The notes beneath the pieces were generated by a model. It had not been told where the DNA came from. It saw only the letters and a program-made list of their open reading frames with translations, and ran no database searches. The translations under genes and the position numbers were made by a program. From Alphaproteobacteria bacterium (GTDB lineage Bacteria > Pseudomonadota > Alphaproteobacteria > UBA6615), in the NCBI GenBank assembly GCA_039980135.1, contig JBDXCV010000014.1, positions 1,013 through 65,012 on the forward strand: a stretch of 64,000 nt of DNA, written 5' to 3'. The first letter of the stretch is position 1, and every line of letters begins with the position of its first letter. This document shows positions 25,899 to 35,256 of this stretch, in pieces.

Positions 25899-27164
25899 AT
25901 GACCCAAGAAGCCCCGAAGAAGTTCGATGAGATTTCTGCCGAGACATCCCGGGAGTGGATTGCTCGGGCGCGGTCGTTGAAACCGATGATCGAGGCCGCA
26001 GCCCCTGAGATCGAGAAGAACCAGATCGTTCCAGACCATCTACTCGACGCACTGCACGAGGCACAAATATTCCGCACCGTTCTGCCGCGTTCAGTGGGCG
26101 GGGCCGAGCTGAATCCCGCCACACATGCGCAGGTGGTGGCGGCGATCGCAGAGGGTGACGCAAGCGTCGCCTGGTGCGTCGCCCAGAATGCAATGGCCAT
26201 GATGGCGTCCGCATACGTAGAGCCGCATGTCGCGCAGGACGTCTTCGGGGATTCGCGGGCAGTGTTTACCTTTGGATTTACTCGGGGCGATCCTCCCTGC
26301 CTCGCGATCCCCGTGAAGGATGGCTGGCGGATCAGCGGGACCTGGACCTTTGCGAGCGGTAATCGGATCGCGACCTGGCTCGGCGGACACTGCCGGCTTT
26401 GCGACGACGACGGAACGCCCCTGAAGAATCCCGACGGCCGCTTCGTCGAGCGCACCATGATCTTCCCGCGTGCAGCGGCAACATTTGACACCGGACAATG
26501 GGAGGTCATGGGGCTGTGCGGAACCGGGAGCGATACGTATTCTGTCTCTGATCTGTTCGTCCCCAACGACTACACCGTGCTGCCCCGGGTCTCCGCGCGC
26601 GACCACAATCGGCCCGAAGACGAAGTGATTGAACCTGAAACCGAACGGCGCGAACAGGGAGTCCTGTACCGGCACTCAACCCAGTTAATCGCGACAAGCG
26701 GGCTTTGCTCGGTCGCGATCGGTGCTGCACAAGCTGCATTGGACGCATTCATACTGGTGGCGAGGGAAAAAACACCATCCAATGCTGGTTCCCTGCGAGA
26801 CGATGCATGGATCCAGGCACGCATTGCACAGGCCGACGCCAAGATCAGTTCCTCAAAAGCCTGGTTCATCCAGCTGCTGGACCAGGCATGGGACGAGTGC
26901 GTGAGCGATGGTCAGGTAAGTTTCCCGTTGCGCGTCCGCCTGCGGCAGGCGGGAACGTATATGATCGATTCCGCGATGGAGGCAGTCGATATCGTTTTCC
27001 GGGAAGCCGGGGCGACTGCAATTTTCCGTAACAATCCCTTCGAACGACGGTTCCGCGATGTTCACACCGTCTCGATACAGGTGCAGGGGAGCATTGCGCG
27101 GATGCAATCGGTCGGACAGCACCATCTGGGCATAACTCCGCAGCAATTAATCCTGATTCCATAG
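25899..27164 (+). CDS. Acyl-CoA dehydrogenase-like flavoprotein (type-2 ACAD / flavin monooxygenase-like)
   Basis: 421 aa from the ATG at 25899 (GGAAGGA 7 nt upstream). The track start at 25653 overlaps the ThDP gene. The sequence resembles the ACAD type-2 family. Confidence 0.75.
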   Translation: MTQEAPKKFDEISAETSREWIARARSLKPMIEAAAPEIEKNQIVPDHLLDALHEAQIFRTVLPRSVGGAELNPATHAQVVAAIAEGDASVAWCVAQNAMAMMASAYVEPHVAQDVFGDSRAVFTFGFTRGDPPCLAIPVKDGWRISGTWTFASGNRIATWLGGHCRLCDDDGTPLKNPDGRFVERTMIFPRAAATFDTGQWEVMGLCGTGSDTYSVSDLFVPNDYTVLPRVSARDHNRPEDEVIEPETERREQGVLYRHSTQLIATSGLCSVAIGAAQAALDAFILVAREKTPSNAGSLRDDAWIQARIAQADAKISSSKAWFIQLLDQAWDECVSDGQVSFPLRVRLRQAGTYMIDSAMEAVDIVFREAGATAIFRNNPFERRFRDVHTVSIQVQGSIARMQSVGQHHLGITPQQLILIP

Positions 27165-27372
27165 ATTCGGTCACGGAGCTTCGCTAGGCATGCCCGCTCT
27201 GACGATCCTTGCCTTTGATCGCTTGCCGGGACTGCGGCCATGACGCTCATTGGGCGGCGCATGCTGCGCGATGCGCGCACGCATATAGGGTAATCGCGAC
27301 GCATCGCTTGTCCCGCAGACGGGCAAGGACTATTTTCTGTGAAATTCATCCAAGCCGATAAGGATCAGCACC

Positions 27373-27978
27373 ATGGAAATGTCCGGCGAGTACAAAATCA
27401 ATGCACCGCGCGAGAAGGTCTGGGCCGGGTTGAACGATCCCGAGATCCTGAAACAGTCGATCCCCGGCTGCGAGGAGATTGAGCAGACGTCGGACACGTC
27501 ATTCACCGCCCAGGTCACCGCGAAAGTCGGGCCGGTAAAGGCCAAGTTTTCCGGTGCCGTGCAATTGACTGACATCGACGCGCCCAACGGCTACCGCATT
27601 TCGGGCGAAGGCAAGGGTGGGGCCGCCGGGTTCGCCAAGGGCGGTGCCAACGTGCAGCTCGAAGACGATGGCGACGGCACCCTGCTCAAATACGAAGTCG
27701 ACGCCCAGGTCGGCGGCAAGCTGGCGCAGCTCGGCGCACGTCTGATCGACGGCACGGCCAAGAAGATGGCCTCGCAATTCTTCGAGAATTTCGCCGAAGC
27801 GGTGTCGGACGGCGACGGCGGCGCGGCGGAAACTCCCGCGGCAGCGGCACCGGCAGCAACAACCGCACCGGCGACGCCGAGCAGCGGGCAAGTCACGGCG
27901 ATGTCACAGATCGGGGTCGGAACCTGGGTCGGTGGGCTCGTCGTTGCGGCGATCGTTCTCTATGCGCTGTTCGGCTAG
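27373..27978 (+). CDS. coxG: CoxG-like SRPBCC protein with Ala/Pro-rich linker and C-terminal TM helix
   Basis: The CoxG pattern runs from MSGEYKINAPREKVWAGLNDPEILKQSIPGCEEIE to GGKLAQLGARLIDGTAKKMASQFFENF. The C-terminus IGVGTWVGGLVVAAIVLYALFG is hydrophobic. Confidence 0.85.
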   Translation: MEMSGEYKINAPREKVWAGLNDPEILKQSIPGCEEIEQTSDTSFTAQVTAKVGPVKAKFSGAVQLTDIDAPNGYRISGEGKGGAAGFAKGGANVQLEDDGDGTLLKYEVDAQVGGKLAQLGARLIDGTAKKMASQFFENFAEAVSDGDGGAAETPAAAAPAATTAPATPSSGQVTAMSQIGVGTWVGGLVVAAIVLYALFG

Positions 27979-28139
27979 GCATCAACGCACGTTTCTTCAT
28001 ATTTTCTGCGGTAATCGGTGTGCTGCGCCTTGACGCAACGCGCCCTGCGGATGAAACTCTGATCGCGTAATAATTCGACCGGCATGCGGGGCACCGCGTG
28101 ACGGTTATAAGGGGGCAACCCGAAACAGGGAGGAGCGTT

Positions 28140-28607
28140 ATGCCCACCGTATCAATGACGGTGAACGGAAAGTCCGTATCGGCTGAAGTCGAGCCGCGGA
28201 CATTACTCGTTCAGTATCTTCGCGAAAGTCTGGGAATGACCGGTACGCATGTCGGTTGTGACACCAGCCAGTGCGGCGCTTGCGTCGTCCATGTGAATGG
28301 CGAATCCCTGAAATCCTGCACGATGCTCGCCGCCCAGGCCGAGGGGGCCGACGTGACCACGATCGAAGGTCTCGCAAATGGCGACGAACTGCATCCGATG
28401 CAGGAAGCCTTCCGCGAGAATCACGGCCTGCAGTGCGGTTTCTGCACACCGGGCATGGTGATGAGCGCTCTCGACCTGGTTCAGAAGAACTCGGATCCAA
28501 GCGAACAGGAAGTCCGCGAATGGCTTGAGGGCAACCTCTGCCGCTGCACCGGCTACCACAATATCGTTAAGTCCATCCTTGCCGGTGCCCAAGCACTGAA
28601 GGGGTAG
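28140..28607 (+). CDS. coxS: Molybdo-hydroxylase small subunit, two [2Fe-2S] clusters (CoxS)
   Basis: The motifs [13 protein letters not shown] and [10 protein letters not shown]...CRCTGY are present. The ATG at 28140 is preceded by GGGAGGAG. Confidence 0.92.
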   Translation: MPTVSMTVNGKSVSAEVEPRTLLVQYLRESLGMTGTHVGCDTSQCGACVVHVNGESLKSCTMLAAQAEGADVTTIEGLANGDELHPMQEAFRENHGLQCGFCTPGMVMSALDLVQKNSDPSEQEVREWLEGNLCRCTGYHNIVKSILAGAQALKG

Positions 28608-28611
28608 CGCG

Positions 28612-30990
28612 ATGTCCGGCACGGGGATCGGGGCATCCGTCAAGCGGGTCGAGGACCAGCGTTTCCTCACCGGCAATGGCAACTATACCGACGACATCAA
28701 TCGTCCGGGCCAGAGCCATGCGTGGATTCTGCGCTCACCCCATGCCCATGCAACGATCAAGTCGGTCGATACGTCGAAGGCCGAGAAGGCCGACGGTGTC
28801 ATCGCGGTGCTGACCGGCGCCGACATGGCGGCGGACGGAATCGGCGGCCTTCCCTGCGGCTGGCAAATTCACAACAAGGACGGCTCACCCATGCTCGAGC
28901 CGGGACACCCGCCCCTGGCGTTCGTGAAAGTGCGTTATGTCGGTGACCAGGTGGCGATTGTCATCGCCGACACGCGCGATGCCGCGCGCGACGCCGCCGA
29001 ACTCATCGATGTGGACTACGGGGTGTTGCCTGCCGTCATCGATATGGACTCCGCCCTTGCCGGCGGCACGCTCGTGCATGACGATGTGCCGAACAATCGC
29101 TGTTTCGATTGGGAAATCGGCGAGAAAGATGCCGTCGAAGATGCGTTCGCCAAGGCAGACCATGTCGTGTCGATCGATCTGGTCAACAACCGGCTGATTC
29201 CCAACGCGATGGAGCCCCGCGCGGCGATCTCGGATTTCGACCGATCGAGCAGCCAGTACACGCTCTTCACCACGTCCCAGAACCCGCATGTCATTCGCCT
29301 GTTGATGGGCGCCTTTGTGCTGCAGATTCCCGAGCACAAGCTTCGGGTTGTTGCCCCCGATGTCGGAGGCGGTTTCGGTTCCAAGATTTTTCACTATGCC
29401 GAGGAAGCAATCCTCACCTGGGCGGCGGCAAAGGTGCATCGGCCGATCAAGTGGACGGCCGAGCGATCCGAATCCTTCGCGACCGACGCCCATGGCCGCG
29501 ACCACGAATCCCATGCGGAACTCGCCCTCGACAAGGCGGGCAAGTTCCTCGGCCTGCGGGTCGCGACAAAAGCCAATGTCGGCGCCTATCTCTCGACCTT
29601 CGGCTCGAGCGTCCCGACATATCTCTATGCGACGCTTCTGGCCGGGGTTTACACAACGCCGGCGATCTATGCCGAAGTGCAGACCGTGTTTACCAACACG
29701 GTCCCCGTGGATGCCTATCGCGGCGCCGGGCGGCCGGAATGCACGTACCTGCTCGAACGACTGGTCACCAAGGCCGCGCGCGAGCTCGGTATCGACCCGG
29801 TCGAACTGCGCAAAATGAATATGATCCAGCCAGACCAGTACCCGTACCAGACGCCAGTCGCACTGATGTATGACTGCGGCGACAGCCCGGCCACGTTTGA
29901 AAGTGCGCTCAAGGCGTCGGACTATGCCGGCTTCGAAAAGCGGCGCGCCAAGGCCGAGAAGTCTGGCAAACTGCGCGGGATCGGCATCTCGACCTACATC
30001 GAGGCTTGCGGAATCGCGCCGTCGGCCGTCGCCGGTGCACTCGGCGCCCGGGCCGGACTGTATGAATCAGCACAGGTCCGCGTCCACCCGACCGGTTCGG
30101 TGACGGTCTACACCGGCACCCACAGCCATGGTCAGGGCCATGAGACGACCTTCGCCCAACTCGTATCGGAATCCTTCGGCATTCCGATCGAGCACATCGA
30201 AATCAGCCATGGCGATACCGATCAGGTTCAGTTCGGCATGGGCACCTATGGTTCGCGCTCGCTGGCCGTGGGTGGCCCCGCGATCCTGAACGCCTGCAAC
30301 AAGGTCATCGACAAGGCCAAGAAGATCGCGGCCCACATCATGGAAGCCGATGTTTCCGACATCGAATTCGCCGACGGGAAGTTCACCGTCGCGGGCACCG
30401 ACAAGGAAATGGCGTTCGGCGAAATTTCACTCGCCGCCTATGTGCCGCACAATTATCCGATCGAGGAAATTGAACCGGGCCTCGACGAAAATGCGTTCTA
30501 TGACCCGCTCAACTTCAGTTTCCCCGGCGGCGCGCATATCTGCGAGGTCGAAGTCGACCCCGAAACGGGCGATGTAGAGGTCGTCAGCTTCACCGCCGTC
30601 GACGATATCGGACGCGTGGTCAATCCGATGATCGTCGAGGGTCAGGTCCATGGCGGGCTTGCCCAGGGCGTGGGCCAGGCGACACTCGAAGGCTGCGTCT
30701 ACGACGATGACGGTCAGCTTCTGACCGGGTCCTACATGGACTACACCATGCCCCGGGCCGACGATCTGCCCAGCTTCTCGGTCGCGACCCAGAGCGTGAT
30801 GGGTGCGTCGAACCCGCTCGAAGTCAAAGGCGTCGGAGAAGTCGGCGCCATCGGCTCACCGCCTGCGGTGGTCAACGCCATTCTCGACGCGTTAACACCG
30901 CTTGGTGTCGAAGATATTTCAATGCCGGTCACGTCACTGAAGGTGTGGCAGGCCATCCAGGAATCCAGTGTCCGCCAGGCGGCGGAATAA
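28612..30990 (+). CDS. coxL: Molybdopterin-binding large subunit, form II CoxL-like (AYRGAGR active-site loop)
   Basis: 792 aa of the xanthine dehydrogenase / CODH family. The active-site loop [11 protein letters not shown] lies at 29713-29733, in place of the form I loop AYxCSFR. Confidence 0.9.
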   Translation: MSGTGIGASVKRVEDQRFLTGNGNYTDDINRPGQSHAWILRSPHAHATIKSVDTSKAEKADGVIAVLTGADMAADGIGGLPCGWQIHNKDGSPMLEPGHPPLAFVKVRYVGDQVAIVIADTRDAARDAAELIDVDYGVLPAVIDMDSALAGGTLVHDDVPNNRCFDWEIGEKDAVEDAFAKADHVVSIDLVNNRLIPNAMEPRAAISDFDRSSSQYTLFTTSQNPHVIRLLMGAFVLQIPEHKLRVVAPDVGGGFGSKIFHYAEEAILTWAAAKVHRPIKWTAERSESFATDAHGRDHESHAELALDKAGKFLGLRVATKANVGAYLSTFGSSVPTYLYATLLAGVYTTPAIYAEVQTVFTNTVPVDAYRGAGRPECTYLLERLVTKAARELGIDPVELRKMNMIQPDQYPYQTPVALMYDCGDSPATFESALKASDYAGFEKRRAKAEKSGKLRGIGISTYIEACGIAPSAVAGALGARAGLYESAQVRVHPTGSVTVYTGTHSHGQGHETTFAQLVSESFGIPIEHIEISHGDTDQVQFGMGTYGSRSLAVGGPAILNACNKVIDKAKKIAAHIMEADVSDIEFADGKFTVAGTDKEMAFGEISLAAYVPHNYPIEEIEPGLDENAFYDPLNFSFPGGAHICEVEVDPETGDVEVVSFTAVDDIGRVVNPMIVEGQVHGGLAQGVGQATLEGCVYDDDGQLLTGSYMDYTMPRADDLPSFSVATQSVMGASNPLEVKGVGEVGAIGSPPAVVNAILDALTPLGVEDISMPVTSLKVWQAIQESSVRQAAE

Positions 30991-31012
30991 CGTCTGGTTA
31001 GGGAGATAGACG

Positions 31013-31810
31013 ATGTATCAGTTCAATTATCAAAAGGCGGGATCCGCCGACGAAGCCGTGAGCGCCGTGACCGCTGCAGAGGACGGGCGCTTCCTTGCCG
31101 GGGGCATGACCCTCATCCCCACGCTCAAGCAGCGCCTGGCACAGCCTTCCGATCTGGTTGACCTGGCGGGCATCGGCGACCTCGTGGGGATCGAGGATGG
31201 CGGCGATTCCATTACCATCAAGGGCATGACCCGGCATGTCGACGTGGCCAATTCGGATGTCGTCAATTCCAAGATTCCGGCGCTCGCCAGTCTGGCCGAC
31301 AATATCGGCGACCCGCAGGTCCGCAACCGCGGGACCATCGGCGGCTCGCTGGCAAACAACGATCCGGCGGCCGATTACCCGGCCGCAGTCCTGGGTCTGA
31401 ATGCCACTGTGATCACCAACAAGCGCGAGATTGCGGCCGAAGACTATTTCGACGGCATGTTCACAACTGTGCTCGAAGACGGCGAACTGATCACCGCCGT
31501 GCGTTTCCCGGTTCCCGAGAAGGCGGCCTATACGAAATTCCCGAACCCCGCATCACGCTACGCCCTCGTGGGTGTCATGGTCGCGCAAACGGGCGGAGAC
31601 ACGCGGGTCGCGGTGACCGGCGCCGGACAGGATGGTGTGTTCCGCGCCGCCGATATTGAGAGCGCCTTGTCGAGCAACTGGAGCGCCGACGCGGCAAAGG
31701 GCGTGAAGATGTCCGATGCCGACCTCAACTCGGACATCCACGCATCTGCCGAGTATCGCGCCCATCTGATTTCGGTCATGGCGAGCCGCGCGGTGACCGC
31801 TGCGGGTTAG
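31013..31810 (+). CDS. coxM: FAD-binding medium subunit (CoxM)
   Basis: 265 aa with a PCMH-type FAD-binding domain (FLAGGMTLIPTLKQRL...GTIGGSLANNDPAADYP). Confidence 0.9.
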   Translation: MYQFNYQKAGSADEAVSAVTAAEDGRFLAGGMTLIPTLKQRLAQPSDLVDLAGIGDLVGIEDGGDSITIKGMTRHVDVANSDVVNSKIPALASLADNIGDPQVRNRGTIGGSLANNDPAADYPAAVLGLNATVITNKREIAAEDYFDGMFTTVLEDGELITAVRFPVPEKAAYTKFPNPASRYALVGVMVAQTGGDTRVAVTGAGQDGVFRAADIESALSSNWSADAAKGVKMSDADLNSDIHASAEYRAHLISVMASRAVTAAG

Positions 31811-31836
31811 TCCCGACCGACAGACTGGATTTTGAT

Positions 31837-31861
31837 ACGGCCGGGGCTTCGCTCCGGCCGT
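31837..31861 (+). other. GC-rich hairpin between coxM and coxD (no U-tract)
   Basis: ACGGCCGG (31837-31844) pairs with CCGGCCGT (31854-31861) around a 9-nt loop. It could stabilise mRNA or act as a partial terminator. Confidence 0.4.
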
Positions 31862-31944
31862 AACTCTAGGTCCGGCTGGCAGACCTGCGCTATATCAAAC
31901 CCAGGTCGTGCCGAGTGCAATAAACTGGAACATGCGCGTACCAT

Positions 31945-32898
31945 ATGGTTCGCGTCGAACATCGGAAGAAGTCCTTGATCACCATTCCCGAAAACGTCGA
32001 AGACACCCTCGAACTCCTGTCGTCGGGCGACTATGTCTCGGACAGGAGCCTGTCCACGGCGGTCTATCTGTCCCTGAAACTCGGGCGTCCGCTTTTCCTT
32101 GAAGGAGAAGCCGGAGTGGGAAAAACGGAGATCGCGAAGGTGTTGGCAGAGACCCTCGGCCGCCGTCTTGTGCGCCTGCAATGTTACGAAGGTCTCGATG
32201 TCGCGTCTGCCGTGTATGAATGGAACTATTCCGCGCAGATGATCGAAATTCGCATGGCCGAAGCCGAAGGGATCGGCGACCGCGACCGGCTCGGCGACGA
32301 CATCTTTTCCGACAAGTTCCTGATTCACCGCCCTCTCCTGCAGGCGCTCGACCCATCCGCCGACGGTCCGCCCGTATTGCTCATCGACGAACTCGACCGC
32401 ACCGACGAGGCCTTCGAGGCCTATCTGCTGGAGGTTCTGTCCGACTTCCAGATCACCATTCCGGAAATCGGCACCGTCCGCGCCGAAGAACCGCCGATCG
32501 TGATCATCACATCGAACCGGACCCGGGAAATCCACGATGCCCTCAAGCGCCGTTGTTTCTACTACTGGGTCGATTATCCCGACGCGGAACGCGAACTCGA
32601 AATCCTGAGCCTCAAGGCACCGCAGGCCGATGCGCGCCTGTCGCGTCAGGTCGTCGATTTCGTCCAGCGCCTGCGCGCGGTCGACCTGTTCAAGGTGCCC
32701 GGCATTGCGGAAACCATCGACTGGGCATCTGCCCTGCACCAGCTCGACATTATCGAACTGACCCCCGAAGCCATCGACGACACGCTCGGTGTCTTGCTGA
32801 AATACCAGGACGATATTGCGAAGATCCGCGGCAGCGAGGCCGCCAAGATCCTCGACGAGATCAAGAGCGAGGTCGCGCTCGCCCAGGCGGCGACCTAG
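31945..32898 (+). CDS. coxD: MoxR-type AAA+ ATPase (CoxD)
   Basis: Walker A GEAGVGKTE and Walker B VLLIDELDR; 317 aa, in the conserved position after coxM. Confidence 0.9.
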   Translation: MVRVEHRKKSLITIPENVEDTLELLSSGDYVSDRSLSTAVYLSLKLGRPLFLEGEAGVGKTEIAKVLAETLGRRLVRLQCYEGLDVASAVYEWNYSAQMIEIRMAEAEGIGDRDRLGDDIFSDKFLIHRPLLQALDPSADGPPVLLIDELDRTDEAFEAYLLEVLSDFQITIPEIGTVRAEEPPIVIITSNRTREIHDALKRRCFYYWVDYPDAERELEILSLKAPQADARLSRQVVDFVQRLRAVDLFKVPGIAETIDWASALHQLDIIELTPEAIDDTLGVLLKYQDDIAKIRGSEAAKILDEIKSEVALAQAAT

Positions 32899-32902
32899 GA
32901 AC

Positions 32903-34213
32903 GTGTCCGAGAAAGCAATCCCGGATGAAGCGCGCCCGGCCCTGCAGGCCAAGGCGATGCTCGACGATCTGGCTGTGGCGGACGACACCGGCCCCGGAAA
33001 AATCGCCAACAACATCATGCATTTCGCCCGCGTATTGCGCATGGCGGGTTTGCCGGTCGGCCCCGGCAAGGTGATCGAAGGCATCAGAGCCGTCGAAACG
33101 GTCGGCCTCGACAATCGCGATGATTTCTATTGGGCGCTACACGCCGTCTTCGTGAACCGGCGCGATCAACGTGAAATATTCGACCAGGCCTTCCACATTT
33201 TCTGGCGTAACCCCAAGCTGCTGGAGCGCATGGCGTCGCTCGTCCTGCCCTCCTTCGTGGATCCTGACGCACAGCAGAATGCCGAGGAAATGAATCGACG
33301 CCTCGCCGAAGCCCTGAAACAGGATCAGGTGGAGATGCCCGGCGAGGGCGAAGGCGGCCAGGACGAGGAAGATCCGGAAATCACGATCGATGCCGTGATG
33401 ACCTTCTCGGCGAATGAACTTCTCCAGAAAACCGACTTCGAGAAAATGTCGAGCGAAGAGCTTGAGGCCGCCAAGCGTGCAATCGCGCGCATGCGCCTGC
33501 CCATCATGGAGGTGCCGATCCGGCGGTTCCGACGTGATGCACGCGGCCGCCGCATCGATATGCGCGCGACCCTGCGGGCCGCCCTGCGCGGCGGCGGCGC
33601 CACAATTCCACTGCAATACCGCAAGCGCCAGCGCCGTCATCCGCCACTCGTCGTGCTGTGTGACATCTCAGGTTCGATGAGCCGTTATTCACGCATGATC
33701 CTGCATTTCATGCATGCGGTGACCAATGACCGAGACCGTGTCCACACATTCCTGTTTGGCACCCGCCTGACCAATGTCACCCGACAACTGCGCTACAAGG
33801 ACGTCGATGAGGCGCTCGACAAGGTTGCCGAAGCCGTCGACGACTGGTCGGGTGGAACGCGCATCGGCCACGCGCTGCATGACTTCAACACCGACTGGTC
33901 GCGGCGCGTGCTCGGCCAGGGCGCGGTGGTCCTGCTGATCACGGACGGCCTCGACCGCGACGCGGCAGATGGTCTGGACAAGGAAATCGAACGGCTTCAC
34001 ATGTCGAGCCGCCGCTTGATCTGGCTTAATCCACTCCTACGTTATGAGCGATACGAGCCGAAATCACTTGGCGCGCGGGCGATGCTTCCCCACACCGACG
34101 AATTCCGTTCGATTCACAATCTCGAAAGCCTGGAACAGCTGGCAGAAGCCTTGTCCCGGGCCGATGGGCATGGGACCTTTCAAAGCAATTCCTGGCAGGA
34201 GGCAGCGCAATGA
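32903..34213 (+). CDS. coxE: VWA-domain protein (CoxE)
   Basis: MIDAS motif VVLCDISGSMSRYS in a CoxE-like VWA domain. The start is uncertain: GTG 32903 just after the coxD stop, or ATG 32957. The track start at 32816 overlaps coxD. Confidence 0.8.
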   Translation: MSEKAIPDEARPALQAKAMLDDLAVADDTGPGKIANNIMHFARVLRMAGLPVGPGKVIEGIRAVETVGLDNRDDFYWALHAVFVNRRDQREIFDQAFHIFWRNPKLLERMASLVLPSFVDPDAQQNAEEMNRRLAEALKQDQVEMPGEGEGGQDEEDPEITIDAVMTFSANELLQKTDFEKMSSEELEAAKRAIARMRLPIMEVPIRRFRRDARGRRIDMRATLRAALRGGGATIPLQYRKRQRRHPPLVVLCDISGSMSRYSRMILHFMHAVTNDRDRVHTFLFGTRLTNVTRQLRYKDVDEALDKVAEAVDDWSGGTRIGHALHDFNTDWSRRVLGQGAVVLLITDGLDRDAADGLDKEIERLHMSSRRLIWLNPLLRYERYEPKSLGARAMLPHTDEFRSIHNLESLEQLAEALSRADGHGTFQSNSWQEAAQ

Positions 34214-34557
34214 GTGAAGCAACAATCGATTTGCAGGCCCTGGACCATGACGACGTCGTCGAGAAGGCCGCCGACTGGCGCCAATCGGGCAAGAATGTCG
34301 CCATCGCCACCGTGGTGACCACCTGGGGGTCATCGCCGCGGCCGGTCGGCAGCCAACTGGCCGTCGACGAGGACGGCAACATGATCGGGTCCGTATCCGG
34401 CGGTTGCATCGAGGGCGCCGTCGTCCATGAAGCGCGTGAGGTGATGGCCGATGGCAAGCCGCGACTTCTCGATTTCGGTGTCTCGAACGAAATGGCCTGG
34501 GAAGTCGGCCTCGCCTGTGGCGGCAAGGTCGAGGTCTGGGTCGAACGGCTCGACTGA
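34210..34557 (+). CDS. XdhC/CoxI-family accessory protein, short N-domain form
   Basis: 115 aa with the XdhC_CoxI pattern ATVVTTWGSSPRPVGSQLAVDEDGNMIGSVSGGCIEGAV. ATGA overlap with coxE. Confidence 0.85.
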   Translation: MSEATIDLQALDHDDVVEKAADWRQSGKNVAIATVVTTWGSSPRPVGSQLAVDEDGNMIGSVSGGCIEGAVVHEAREVMADGKPRLLDFGVSNEMAWEVGLACGGKVEVWVERLD

Positions 34558-34563
34558 CGATCC

Positions 34564-35256
34564 ATGCGCCCCGAAACCCTGACATCATTATTGGCGGCGC
34601 GCGCCGCCAAGGAACAGGTCGCCCTCGTCTCGAACCTCGAAAGCGGCGCTCAGGCCCTGGTCTTTCGCGACCGAACCGAAGGCGCCCTCGAACTCGACGA
34701 TGACGCTCTCGAAGCCGCGCGCGGTGCGCTGCGCGACGACAAGAGCGGGCGTCTGCGACGCGACGACGCCCCGCTGTTCGTCCAGGTCTTCAACCCGCCC
34801 AAACGGATGATCGTCGTCGGTGCGGTCCATATCGCCCAGCCGCTGGTCACCCTTGCCCAGACCGCCGGCTATGAAACAGTCATCGTCGATCCGCGCGGCG
34901 CTTTTGCCACCCGCGATCGGTTCCCCGGCGTGACCCTGAGCGAGGACTGGCCGGATGACGCACTCAATACGCTCGGTGTCGACAACCGCACGGCAGTGGT
35001 AACCCTCACCCACGACCCGAAACTCGATGATCCCGCTCTGCATGTCGCACTGCGTTCGGAAGCATTCTATATCGGCGCGCTCGGCAGCCGGAAAACCCAT
35101 GCCGGGCGCATCGAGCGTTTGACCGAGGCAGGGTACACGGAAGACGAGATCGCGCGTATTCACGCGCCGGTCGGTCTGGCCATCAACGCCAAGAGCCCGG
35201 CCGAAATCGCGATCTCGATCATGGCGCAGATCACGCAGGTCCTGCACGGCACATGA
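34564..35256 (+). CDS. XdhC-family accessory protein with Rossmann-like C-domain
   Basis: 230 aa; MIVVGAVHIAQPLVTLAQTAGYETVIVDPR...YIGALGSRKTHA is typical of the XdhC C-terminal domain. Confidence 0.85.
   Translation: MRPETLTSLLAARAAKEQVALVSNLESGAQALVFRDRTEGALELDDDALEAARGALRDDKSGRLRRDDAPLFVQVFNPPKRMIVVGAVHIAQPLVTLAQTAGYETVIVDPRGAFATRDRFPGVTLSEDWPDDALNTLGVDNRTAVVTLTHDPKLDDPALHVALRSEAFYIGALGSRKTHAGRIERLTEAGYTEDEIARIHAPVGLAINAKSPAEIAISIMAQITQVLHGT

Noticed and set aside
27165-27372. Possible Moco riboswitch or other leader element upstream of coxG
   Set aside because: I could not recognise the conserved Moco-motif blocks. Only generic GC palindromes and one bulged hairpin (about 27318-27345) are present, so a covariance-model scan would be needed.
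34210-35256. Split XdhC as a possible frameshifted pseudogene
   Set aside because: Both ORFs are intact and have their own starts. They are separated by a clean stop plus 6 nt, and each looks like a self-contained XdhC-family unit. Two-gene XdhC arrangements are common in cox/xdh clusters.
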